Source: Candidatus Omnitrophota bacterium (GTDB lineage: Bacteria > Omnitrophota > Gorgyraeia > Gygaellales > Profunditerraquicolaceae). Taken from it: a stretch of DNA of 64,000 nucleotides. Below the pieces are notes generated by a model. It was not told where the DNA came from. It ran no database searches and saw only the letters and a list, made by a program, of their open reading frames with translations. Every line of letters starts with the position of its first letter. Positions within the stretch are counted from its first letter, which is position 1. The translations under genes and the position numbers were made by a program. The stretch covers positions 59,723-123,722 of the forward strand of contig JAGOOP010000001.1 in assembly GCA_017992455.1 (NCBI GenBank), in the 5' to 3' direction. This document shows, in pieces, positions 36,303-44,868 of the stretch.

Positions 36303-36839
36303 CTAATATATCACCAAACCGACAATACCGGCAAGAAAAATCGTCAGGATCGGATGCGCTTTAAAAGCATACAGAAGAACAAAACTTCCCGTAAAGACGA
36401 GAACCGCCCGGTAATCCTCCCATATCCGGATATCCTGCGCCATAACAAGCACGCTTGCGGCGATGAGACCGATGAATAACGGCCGCAGACCCCTGAATAT
36501 CGTTTCAAGGGCCGAATTCTTTCCTGCCGAATAATACAGCCGGGCGAACACTACCATAAGGGCGAACGTAAGGACAATGTTCGAGAACGTCGCAACGCAC
36601 GCGCCCGGAACCCCTGCTACCCGGTAGCCGGTATACGTCGCGGTATTGATGCCGATCGGCCCCGGCGTGATCTGCGATACGGCGAGGATATCGATGAATT
36701 CGGTGCCGGATATGCCGAATTTCAGGACCTCGCGCTGGATAAGGGCTATCATGGCATAACCGCCGCCGAATCCCAGAAGGCCGATCTTCATGAAACTGAG
36801 CGCCAGAGAAAGATACGGCATCATGCCTTTCTCCGGCAC
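36303..36839 (-). CDS. chrA: chromate transporter family protein (short CHR, second half)
   Basis: 178 aa. GLLGFGGGYAMIALIQREV motif. Paired with the upstream half. Confidence 0.8.
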   Translation of the reverse strand: MPEKGMMPYLSLALSFMKIGLLGFGGGYAMIALIQREVLKFGISGTEFIDILAVSQITPGPIGINTATYTGYRVAGVPGACVATFSNIVLTFALMVVFARLYYSAGKNSALETIFRGLRPLFIGLIAASVLVMAQDIRIWEDYRAVLVFTGSFVLLYAFKAHPILTIFLAGIVGLVIY

Positions 36840-37360
36840 AAGATCCGGACCGCCATAACGCCGGCGCCCGCGAAAATCACATATGCCGGATGTATGCGCA
36901 GAACGCCGATGATAAACACAACTGCGGCGGGGACCAGCACGACAGCGCCCTGTATCCGCGCGGCGCGGGAAAGCGTAATGACCGGGATCGTGACAAGCGC
37001 CATGACCGCGGGCCTGATGCCGGCGAATATCTTCATGACAACGGGTTCACCCTTCATGTCGAGGAGGAACCATGCCGCCAGGAGGATGACAAAGAACGGC
37101 GCGCAAACCGTGCCGGCCGCAGCGGCCAGCGCCCCCCGGACCCCGCACATCTTATATCCGACGGTCGTCGCGACATTCAGGATCATGACGCCGGGCATTG
37201 ACTGCGATATGCCGAAAATATCGATGAATTCTTCTTTATCGAGCCATTGGCGCGTATCAGTCACTTCGCGCTCGACGAGCGGCAGCATGGCCAGGCCGCC
37301 GCCGACGGTAAAAAGAGATATTTTGCAAAAGACCCAAAAAAGATCGAAATATACTTTCAT
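36821..37360 (-). CDS. chrA: chromate transporter family protein (short CHR, first half)
   Basis: Start trimmed to MKVYFDLFWVFCKISLFTVGGGLAMLPLVEREV (ATGA overlap with the thiE stop). Confidence 0.8.
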   Translation of the reverse strand: MKVYFDLFWVFCKISLFTVGGGLAMLPLVEREVTDTRQWLDKEEFIDIFGISQSMPGVMILNVATTVGYKMCGVRGALAAAAGTVCAPFFVILLAAWFLLDMKGEPVVMKIFAGIRPAVMALVTIPVITLSRAARIQGAVVLVPAAVVFIIGVLRIHPAYVIFAGAGVMAVRILCRRKA

Positions 37361-37983
37361 CGTATCGGACCGAACAGCTTCTGGAATGCTTTGATCCGGA
37401 CCGCGATATCGCGGCGGGCCACGATTGCGGAAATAGCGCACAACGCGTCAGCGCCTGCCGCGATCACCGATGATGCGTTATCAAGCGATATGCCTCCGAT
37501 GGCAACGAGGGGGATATCGAATTCCGCCCTGATCCGTTTGATAAGGCCCAATCCGCGGGGACGGCCGGCGTCGGCTTTGGTCGCGGTCGTGAAGACCGGA
37601 CCGACCCCGAGATAATCGGCGCCGCCGGCAACGGCCTGCCGCGCCTGCCGCACTGTCCGCACGCTGATCCCGATAATTTTTCGTTTCCCAAGGATTTGGC
37701 GCGCAGCGGCAAGCGGCATATCATCCTGGCCGAGATGCACTCCGTCCGCCCCGGCCGCCATCGCGATATCGATGCGGTCGTTCACGATGAACAACGCACC
37801 TCCGCACAAACGTTTCAGGACCCGCGCTTTTCGATACATCACGGCGGAAGACGCATCCTTATCGCGGTATTGTACGACTCGAACGCCGGCGCGCAGGGCA
37901 ACGCGCACATCGGCAACGTCCCCGCGCCTGCTCAAGGCCCCGCCCGTAATAAAATAAAACCCCCTCACCGAACGCATACGCAC
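37357..37983 (-). CDS. thiE: thiamine-phosphate synthase
   Basis: 208 aa. YFITG...VQYRDK...NDRIDIA...GVHLGQDD...GVGPVFTT motifs. Confidence 0.9.
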   Translation of the reverse strand: MRMRSVRGFYFITGGALSRRGDVADVRVALRAGVRVVQYRDKDASSAVMYRKARVLKRLCGGALFIVNDRIDIAMAAGADGVHLGQDDMPLAAARQILGKRKIIGISVRTVRQARQAVAGGADYLGVGPVFTTATKADAGRPRGLGLIKRIRAEFDIPLVAIGGISLDNASSVIAAGADALCAISAIVARRDIAVRIKAFQKLFGPIR

Positions 37984-38010
37984 AAAACCGTCCTTCGATC
38001 CCGCGTTTAT

Positions 38011-38925
38011 TTATTTTTTTTCGGCAAGATAGCGAAAGGCGCTTAAGCAGGCTTTTGCACCCTCCCCGGCTGCGATGATGATCTGTTTCTCCGGCACATC
38101 GGTGACGTCGCCCGCGGCAAAAACGCCCGGGATATCAGTCCGGTTCCTGCAATCGATTTTTATTTCGCCGAGATCGTTCGTCGCGACCTCTTGTGCAAAG
38201 CCGGAATTGGGCACAAGGCCGATCTCGATAAAGATACCCTGCACCGCAAGGCGTTTCTCCGTGCCTTCATGCGAGATCGCAATGCCGCTGACGAACCGAT
38301 CCCCGGTAATGGCAGTAACCTGCGCATTATTCATGATTGTCACGCCCGAAGACGATGCCGCTTTTTCGGCCATAACCTTATCGCCGGTGGTCTGCGGAGC
38401 ACTGTTGATCACATAGGTGTGTTGAGCAATGCGCGTCATCTGCAAAGCCGCATCAAGGGCTGAATTGCCTCCGCCCACGATTGCCACGTCCTTGCCGCCG
38501 AACAGCGGGCCGTCGCACGTGGCGCAATACGTCACGCCCTTGTTCTTGAATTCATTTTCACCCGGGACACCGAGCTCCCGGGACCGTTTCCCGGACGCGA
38601 TGATCACTGCCCGGGCCTCATACTCCGCTTTATCGGTAATGACGCGCTGCCCGGAGCCGGCGCCGCGCTTCAGAGCAACGATCTCTTCCGATTCCTTCAG
38701 ATCGATCCGGTACTGGCGCAGATGCTCCTCGAATTTCGCCGCAAGCTCGGGGCCGGTCACGAACTGATACCCGGTGTAATTCTCAACGTCCCCGCTCCAC
38801 GCCGCCTGGCCGCCGATGTCTTTGGAAATAACGCAGAAGTCCATGCGCTTGCGGGCGGCATATACCGCGGCAGTTATGCCCGCCGGCCCTGCGCCGATAA
38901 TGATCAGGTCATAGATTTTTGTCAT
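38011..38925 (-). CDS. thioredoxin-reductase / AhpF-like FAD-dependent disulfide oxidoreductase
   Basis: 304 aa. IIGAGPAG, redox-active CATCDG and GGGNSA motifs. Confidence 0.85.
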   Translation of the reverse strand: MTKIYDLIIIGAGPAGITAAVYAARKRMDFCVISKDIGGQAAWSGDVENYTGYQFVTGPELAAKFEEHLRQYRIDLKESEEIVALKRGAGSGQRVITDKAEYEARAVIIASGKRSRELGVPGENEFKNKGVTYCATCDGPLFGGKDVAIVGGGNSALDAALQMTRIAQHTYVINSAPQTTGDKVMAEKAASSSGVTIMNNAQVTAITGDRFVSGIAISHEGTEKRLAVQGIFIEIGLVPNSGFAQEVATNDLGEIKIDCRNRTDIPGVFAAGDVTDVPEKQIIIAAGEGAKACLSAFRYLAEKK

Positions 38926-38938
38926 AGATCGTTGCTGC

Positions 38939-39020
38939 GGGCATGGGTATGTGTCCGATGCGAGTTCCGCAGCCCTGAAAGGGCGAGGACTGTTCGAGCA
39001 GCGGGCACATACCCATGCCC
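38939..39020. ncRNA. intercistronic hairpin E3: 18-bp stem plus a 46-nt interior, possibly a reduced member of the E1/E4 family
   Basis: GGGCATGGGTATGTGTCC (38939-38956) pairs with GGGCACATACCCATGCCC (39003-39020), with one G-U when read on the + strand. The interior holds GCCCTGAAAGGGC and GAGTTCCGCAGCCCT. Confidence 0.45.
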
Positions 39021-39034
39021 TCGCGCGCCGTATA

Positions 39035-39274
39035 TTACGATAATCCCAGTGCCTGCTCTATCTTCGGCCTGTCGAAGCCGACGATGATCCGGCCGTCTAT
39101 CTCGATGACCGGCACGCCGAGCTGTCCGGATTTGCGAACCATTTCGTCCGCTTTTCCCTGATCAATACCGACGTCGTAATTTTCATAGGCAATACTGTTC
39201 TCCGCAAGGAACTGTTTCAACCGGATGCAATGCGGACACGACGCGGTGCTGTACACGAGTATCGTATGGGCCAT
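39035..39274 (-). CDS. glutaredoxin-like protein (CPHC active site)
   Basis: 79 aa. VYSTASCPHCIRLKQFL...GVPVIEIDG. Confidence 0.85.
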   Translation of the reverse strand: MAHTILVYSTASCPHCIRLKQFLAENSIAYENYDVGIDQGKADEMVRKSGQLGVPVIEIDGRIIVGFDRPKIEQALGLS

Positions 39275-39288
39275 GTCATGCTCCTGTC

Positions 39289-39771
39289 TTACCTGAGAAT
39301 ATGGCCTTTGATATGCGCCGGGGTCAGGTCGATGACCTCCGACACGTCCATGACGATCATATATTCGGGCCGGGGCAGCAGCGATTCAGGCTGCGCCGGA
39401 TGGCCTTTTTCCTCCCTGAGGTTCCTGATGATGCGCGTGACAATACGGGATGCTATCTTTTTCTGCCATATCTTATGCACCTGCGCCCTGAGACGGTCGA
39501 CCTTGATGACACGGCCTTTGCCTTTCAGGCAATACCCCAGGAACCGATGTTCATCGACCTGCGCGACGCACATGTTCGGGTTCTTGAGGAGATTTTGATA
39601 CGTCCTTCGCATATACAGATCGAGCAGATATATCCTTCCGTCGCGGCTCAGCCGCACGATATCCTTGCAGGAATCATGCGGCGTTCCGTCGGGATCAAGG
39701 GTCGTGACGATCACAAAAGTCTGTTTCCTGAAAAAATCCACCACATCGTCGTGCAGCCGCTTCATCGTCAT
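39289..39771 (-). CDS. pyridoxamine 5'-phosphate oxidase-family FMN-binding protein
   Basis: 160 aa. Split-barrel pattern (FVIVTTLDPDGTPH...IYLLD). The assignment is tentative. Confidence 0.6.
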   Translation of the reverse strand: MTMKRLHDDVVDFFRKQTFVIVTTLDPDGTPHDSCKDIVRLSRDGRIYLLDLYMRRTYQNLLKNPNMCVAQVDEHRFLGYCLKGKGRVIKVDRLRAQVHKIWQKKIASRIVTRIIRNLREEKGHPAQPESLLPRPEYMIVMDVSEVIDLTPAHIKGHILR

Positions 39772-39780
39772 ATCCTTTTT

Positions 39781-40182
39781 CTACGCGACCGAAAGAAGCC
39801 TTGATGACTGCCACAGGCCGTGGATATTGCAGTACGCGGCTGCAATGACAGACCCGGGCTTGTCTGTCTTGAACGAACAGACCACCTCGGGATTCGTGAA
39901 AACGGTGCTGGTATTCGGGCCCTGCGCCGACGCGCCGTGCGCCGCGAACTCAAACCTGCCGATCTGATACGGGAATTTCTCGCCTTCGGCCAGAAAATAA
40001 GCATCGATCCAGACGATATGATGCTCGGTCGTATTGGGATGGGCGATCTCTTTACCGACGGACAGTTTGACCTGGACCGCTGCGCCTTTTCCGGCCCGGT
40101 CCGGGCATTCGATGACCGGCGCGTGCTTTTCCTTTTTCCAGTCAGCGCTCTGGAACATATCTTTCATCTCCGGCATGTTCAC
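39781..40182 (-). CDS. superoxide reductase (1Fe-SOR / neelaredoxin type)
   Basis: 133 aa. EKHAPVI, HPNTTEHHI and CNIHGLW iron ligand motifs. Confidence 0.85.
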   Translation of the reverse strand: MNMPEMKDMFQSADWKKEKHAPVIECPDRAGKGAAVQVKLSVGKEIAHPNTTEHHIVWIDAYFLAEGEKFPYQIGRFEFAAHGASAQGPNTSTVFTNPEVVCSFKTDKPGSVIAAAYCNIHGLWQSSRLLSVA

Positions 40183-40185
40183 CTC

Positions 40186-41373
40186 CTATTTGAGCAATTC
40201 CCCGAAACTCCTGCCGAACGCGACGCATTTCTGCAACTCCATCTGATCAGGCACGAACCTGAACGAGATCGGCGGCAGAGATACTTCCATTCCCGCCCCT
40301 TTGATCGATTCCTCGATCTCCTTGACCGCTCCGCCTGCCCATCCGTATGAGCCGAACGCGGACGCGAGCCTGTTCTTCGGCTTGAACCCTTTCACAAGCT
40401 CGAGAAAACCGGCAAGGGCCGGAAGCATGTCGTTGTCATGCGTGGAGGAGCCGAAAAGAAAACCCTTTGCCTGAAGCATGTCCGCGATCACCTCGGTCCG
40501 GTCTGATTCCGCGATGTTATAAACCTTGACCGGCACGCCCGCGTCAGCGATGCCTTCGGCGATCCTGCGCGCCATCTTCTCCGTGGCCTTCCACATGGTC
40601 TCGTAAACGATCACCGCGGCGGGAACGGTCTCCTGCTTTGCCCAGGCGGCGTATTGCTGGACGATCTGCAGGGGGTTCGTGCGCCAGATCAGGCCGTGGC
40701 TCGGCGCGATCACGGAGACCTCAAGGTTCATTTTCACGACCTCCTCGATCTTGCGGCTGATCACGGTGCCGAGCGGCCAGAGGATATTTGCGTAATACTT
40801 CTTTGCCTCTTCCCACAACGCGCACTGGTCGACCTGGTCGGCAAAGCGTTCGGACGACGCCAGATGCTGGCCGAACGCGTCATTGGGCATCAAAAGCTGC
40901 TCCTCGGGGCAATACGTGAACATGCTGTCCGGCCAGTGGATCATGGGCGCCTCGATGAATTTCAGCGTTCGCCTGCCCAGCTTTATCGAATCGCCGGTCT
41001 TGACGATCTGGAAATCCCAGTTTTCGTAATAATGCTTGAACAGGCCGTCGCGGCATTTCTGCGTGCCGACGACCTTTGCTTTCGGGCAGAGCTTCATGAG
41101 CATGGGAAGCGCGCCGGTATGGTCGCTCTCGACGTGATTGGCGATCACATAATCGATCTTACCCGGATCCACGACCGTACTGATATGCTCGATCATCTCC
41201 CGTGCGAACGGCCGGTATACCGTATCCACAAGCGCGATCTTCTCGTCTTTGATAAGATAGGCGTTGTAGGTCGTGCCGCGCTGCGTGGTGTACGTGTGTC
41301 CGTGGAACGCGCGCACTGCCCAGTCAACAGCGCCGACCCAGAATATATCCGGCTTGATCTCAATACGGCTCAT
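40186..41373 (-). CDS. flavodiiron protein (rubredoxin:O2/NO oxidoreductase)
   Basis: 395 aa. Metallo-beta-lactamase-like domain with NHVESDHTG, plus a C-terminal flavodoxin domain. AGGAGG RBS. Confidence 0.9.
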   Translation of the reverse strand: MSRIEIKPDIFWVGAVDWAVRAFHGHTYTTQRGTTYNAYLIKDEKIALVDTVYRPFAREMIEHISTVVDPGKIDYVIANHVESDHTGALPMLMKLCPKAKVVGTQKCRDGLFKHYYENWDFQIVKTGDSIKLGRRTLKFIEAPMIHWPDSMFTYCPEEQLLMPNDAFGQHLASSERFADQVDQCALWEEAKKYYANILWPLGTVISRKIEEVVKMNLEVSVIAPSHGLIWRTNPLQIVQQYAAWAKQETVPAAVIVYETMWKATEKMARRIAEGIADAGVPVKVYNIAESDRTEVIADMLQAKGFLFGSSTHDNDMLPALAGFLELVKGFKPKNRLASAFGSYGWAGGAVKEIEESIKGAGMEVSLPPISFRFVPDQMELQKCVAFGRSFGELLK

Positions 41374-41384
41374 CCGCGCCTCCT

Positions 41385-41543
41385 TTACACTTTTTCAAAA
41401 TCCGCTTTTGCCGCTCCGCATACGGGGCATACCCAGGAATCCGGTATTTTCTCGAACGGAGTGCCTGCGGCAATACCTCCGTCAGGATCTCCGATTGCCG
41501 GATCATAAATATAGTTGCATATGGTGCATCGGTATTTCTGCAT
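41385..41543 (-). CDS. rubredoxin (not in the ORF track, 52 aa)
   Basis: Minus-strand ATG at 41543 with an AAGGAGG RBS. Reads [52 protein letters not shown], with CxxC...CPxCG. Confidence 0.9.
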   Translation of the reverse strand: MQKYRCTICNYIYDPAIGDPDGGIAAGTPFEKIPDSWVCPVCGAAKADFEKV

Positions 41544-41558
41544 GGACGCCTCCTTGTT

Positions 41559-42527
41559 TCACACCGGTTCCTGCAATCCGGCTTCCTGTATCACTTTTTT
41601 AAGCGCGCCGGCCGAATTCCTGAACGCAGCCTGTTCTGTTTCATCGAGATCCAGGTTCAACACCTGCCTGACACCCGATTTATTCACGATAGCAGGCAGG
41701 CTTAAATATACGTCGCTCACCCCGAGATACCCATTGACGAGATTCGAAACAGGCAGAATGGCATTCTCGTCGTTGAGGATCGCCCGGGTGATGCGCACAA
41801 GGGCAAGGCCGATGCCGTATGACGTCTCGCCTTTGCGCTCGATGATCTGATACGCGGAAGTGCGCACCTCGTTATAGATCTGGCCGAACGCGAACTGCCT
41901 GTCGCAGGATGCGCGATGAGCGCACACCGTGCAGTATTCCTTTAACAACACGCCTCCGATCATTGCCTTGCTCCATACGGCGAATTCCGTGTCGCCGTGC
42001 TCGCCGAGGATATACGCGTGGATATTGCGCGGATCGACCTTGCAATGTTTGCTCAAAAGGAATCTGAACCGCGCGCTGTCGAGCACCGTGCCCGAAGACA
42101 TGACCTGCCCGGCAGGCTTGCCGGATATCTTATACGCGGCATACGCCAGGACATCAACGGGGTTGGTGACGACCAGAAGAATAGCGCCGGGCGCGTGTTT
42201 GACGATCTCGGGGATCATTGCCCGGTAGATCGCGACATTATCCCTGACCAGATCGATCCTTGTCTGACCGGGCAGTTGTTTTTTGCCTGCCGTGATGACC
42301 ACAAGGTCGGAATCCTTTATATCGGCGTATTCGCCCGCCCGGACGTCAACCGGCGATATATAGGGAGCGCCGTGCGAAAGGTCCATGACCTCTCCCTCAA
42401 GGCGTTTACGGTCGAGGTCCACGATCACGATCTGGCGCGCCAGTCCCTGGATCATGGCAGCATATGCATATCGCATGCCCACATTGCCGCAGCCGATGAT
42501 CGAGATCTTGGGTTTAAGGGTTTCCAT
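41559..42527 (-). CDS. ldh: L-lactate dehydrogenase
   Basis: 322 aa. IIGCGNVG, GKKQLPGQTRIDL and LGEHGDTE motifs. Confidence 0.85.
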   Translation of the reverse strand: METLKPKISIIGCGNVGMRYAYAAMIQGLARQIVIVDLDRKRLEGEVMDLSHGAPYISPVDVRAGEYADIKDSDLVVITAGKKQLPGQTRIDLVRDNVAIYRAMIPEIVKHAPGAILLVVTNPVDVLAYAAYKISGKPAGQVMSSGTVLDSARFRFLLSKHCKVDPRNIHAYILGEHGDTEFAVWSKAMIGGVLLKEYCTVCAHRASCDRQFAFGQIYNEVRTSAYQIIERKGETSYGIGLALVRITRAILNDENAILPVSNLVNGYLGVSDVYLSLPAIVNKSGVRQVLNLDLDETEQAAFRNSAGALKKVIQEAGLQEPV

Positions 42528-42533
42528 AGTATA

Positions 42534-43805
42534 TTATCTCCAGACCGCCCAGACGAACAAATACGCTGCAGCGACAGCGACGACCGTGAACGGGAGGCCG
42601 ATCTTCACGAAATGGCCGAACCTCACCGGGTGGCCCTCTTTCTTCAGCAATCCGCACGCGACGATGTTCGCTGAAGCGCCGATCGGCGTGATATTCCCGC
42701 CGAGGCTGGCGCCGATAAGCAGGCCGAACAGTAAAAGCGACGGCGCGATCTGAAGCTTGTCCGATATAGTCAACGCGACCGGCAGCATCGCTGCCAGGAA
42801 CGGCACATTGTCCACGAACGCCGACAAAGCGACAGCGATAAACACCAGGAGCGTATACCCGAAGAATATATTCGTGCCCATGATGCCGCTTAACGACTCC
42901 GCGATCCTGGCGATCCAGCCCGTTGCAGTAATGCTGCCGACGATCACGAATATGCCCATGAGGAAGAACGTCGTATCCCAGTCAAGGCCGCGCACTCCCT
43001 TGCGGATCGATTTCTGGTTCGTCCCTTTTTCCCACATGATCGTGATGACCGCGCACACCATACAGATCTGGCCTGCCAGCGCCGTAAACCCCGTATCGAA
43101 GCACGACGCGCACGCAAGCGCGGCGATCAACAAGACGAGTATCAAGGTCGGCACCCAGGATCTCACTGTTTCGGCAGGGACGACCTGCGCTTTTTCCCGG
43201 TGCTTCCTGAAGACCAGGTACAAAATAACGAATGACGCCAGCGCGCCCAGCTGCACCGCGAAAAAGATGCTCGGTTTGCCCTGGTAGAAGAAAAAGTCCA
43301 TAAAGTTCATCTTCGCGAAACCCCCGAGAAGCATGCTCGGCGGATCGCCGATCAAGGTCGCAGTTCCCTGCAGGTTGGACGAGATGGCGATGCCGATAAG
43401 CATATTGGTGGGGTTGATGGAAAGCTTGCGGGCGAGCGCCAGCGCGATCGGCGCGATGATAAGTACCGTCGCGACGTTCTCGACGAACGCGGAAATGAAA
43501 CTGGCCAGCATGCAGATACACAGGATCGCCCAGCAGGTGTTCTTTGAATGATTGACAATGCGCTCGGCGATATACGCGGGCACCCTGCTTTCCATAAAAC
43601 TGTCGGCGATCACAAGCGTCCCGACAAAAATGCCCATAACGTTCCAGTTGATCGCGCGGAACGCTTCCTGCGGGGAAAGAACGCCGGACACAACCAGAAG
43701 CGCAGCGGCCCCGGAGGCGATCCACGTGCGCCGCGCCGGTAAAACGATAAAGAGCGCATATGCGCACACAAAGACGCCGATGGCTATATTCGAATGTTCG
43801 AACAT
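42534..43805 (-). CDS. ArsB/NhaD-superfamily anion/ion permease
   Basis: 423 aa, polytopic. Sequence resembles CitMHS/ArsB-type permeases. Substrate unknown. Confidence 0.7.
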   Translation of the reverse strand: MFEHSNIAIGVFVCAYALFIVLPARRTWIASGAAALLVVSGVLSPQEAFRAINWNVMGIFVGTLVIADSFMESRVPAYIAERIVNHSKNTCWAILCICMLASFISAFVENVATVLIIAPIALALARKLSINPTNMLIGIAISSNLQGTATLIGDPPSMLLGGFAKMNFMDFFFYQGKPSIFFAVQLGALASFVILYLVFRKHREKAQVVPAETVRSWVPTLILVLLIAALACASCFDTGFTALAGQICMVCAVITIMWEKGTNQKSIRKGVRGLDWDTTFFLMGIFVIVGSITATGWIARIAESLSGIMGTNIFFGYTLLVFIAVALSAFVDNVPFLAAMLPVALTISDKLQIAPSLLLFGLLIGASLGGNITPIGASANIVACGLLKKEGHPVRFGHFVKIGLPFTVVAVAAAYLFVWAVWR

Positions 43806-43808
43806 GCG

Positions 43809-44837
43809 CTACTCCTGCGGCTGTTGCGCGAAAACGCCGGGGATCCGCGTCTTGCAGAACGCGCAGGCGCCGTTCTCGACGCTGTTTTCCCTGATAAAAA
43901 AACCCTCGCGCTTGATCAGAAGCTCCGTGCATTGCGGGCAATAGGTGGAACTGCCCCAGCCGAACACGTTATCCACATATACGTACCGCAGGCCGCATTT
44001 CTTCCCGGCCTCGGCGGCGGATTGCAATACCCCCTCCGATGTGGGCTGTTCCCTGTCGTATTGGTAATTGGGGAAGAACTTCGATATATGCCAGGGGATA
44101 TCCGGGTCGATGCCGGCGATGAACGAAGCGATCTGTTTCAGCTCGGCGATGGAGTCGTTCTTTTTCGGCACGACGAGCGTCGTCACCTCGACCCAGATGT
44201 TGTTCCTGCGCAGGGACGCGATCGTATCGAGGACCGGCCTGAGGCTTCCGCCGCATATTTTTTTATAGGAACGCTCGCTGAAGAACTTCAGGTCGACGTT
44301 GGCCGCGTCCATGTACGGCCGGATCATGGCAAGCGCCTCGGGCGTCATGAAACCGTTCGTCACCCACACGTTCTTGAGCCCCTTTTCGCGGGCGAGCCTC
44401 GAAACATCGAGGCAGTATTCGAAGAATACCGTCGGTTCGGAATAGGTGTAGGAGATGCTTGCGCATTTCTGGGACATTGCCGCATTGACGGTATCGGTCG
44501 CCGGGCAGAAATGGTCTTCGAATGAAATACCGGTCCCGGCTTTTAACTGGGAAAGCTGCCAGTTCTGGCAGAACCCGCAATGGAAATTGCAGCCCGGGGC
44601 GGCGATCGAGAAACTTTGCGTTCCGGGGAGGAAATGATACAAGGGTTTTTTTTCGACGGGATCGACCTGGGAAGCGATGACCTCTCCGTAGACGAGCGTA
44701 TACAACACGCCGCCGAGATTCTGCCTGACGCCGCAGATCCCGAGCTTCCTGTCGGCGATCCTGCACCGGTGGCTGCAAAGATCGCACTGCACATCGGCGC
44801 CCTGAAGCTTGTGATATAACAAGGCTTCTTTTTTCAT
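43809..44837 (-). CDS. AmmeMemoRadiSam-system-type radical SAM enzyme
   Basis: 342 aa. CDLCSHRCRI...GICGVR N-terminal Cys motif and a CNFHCGFCQN radical SAM cluster. Confidence 0.8.
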   Translation of the reverse strand: MKKEALLYHKLQGADVQCDLCSHRCRIADRKLGICGVRQNLGGVLYTLVYGEVIASQVDPVEKKPLYHFLPGTQSFSIAAPGCNFHCGFCQNWQLSQLKAGTGISFEDHFCPATDTVNAAMSQKCASISYTYSEPTVFFEYCLDVSRLAREKGLKNVWVTNGFMTPEALAMIRPYMDAANVDLKFFSERSYKKICGGSLRPVLDTIASLRRNNIWVEVTTLVVPKKNDSIAELKQIASFIAGIDPDIPWHISKFFPNYQYDREQPTSEGVLQSAAEAGKKCGLRYVYVDNVFGWGSSTYCPQCTELLIKREGFFIRENSVENGACAFCKTRIPGVFAQQPQE

Positions 44838-44868
44838 GGTCCCCCCTTTTGAATTCCGCTGACCCGGG

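Noticed and set aside
42982-43941. A 319-aa minus-strand ORF overlapping the permease gene in another frame.
   Set aside because: It is Arg/Gly/His-rich and low in complexity, and is fully contained in and around a well-supported polytopic permease reading frame. The same reasoning applies to 24098-24886, 16752-17303 and 44263-44787.
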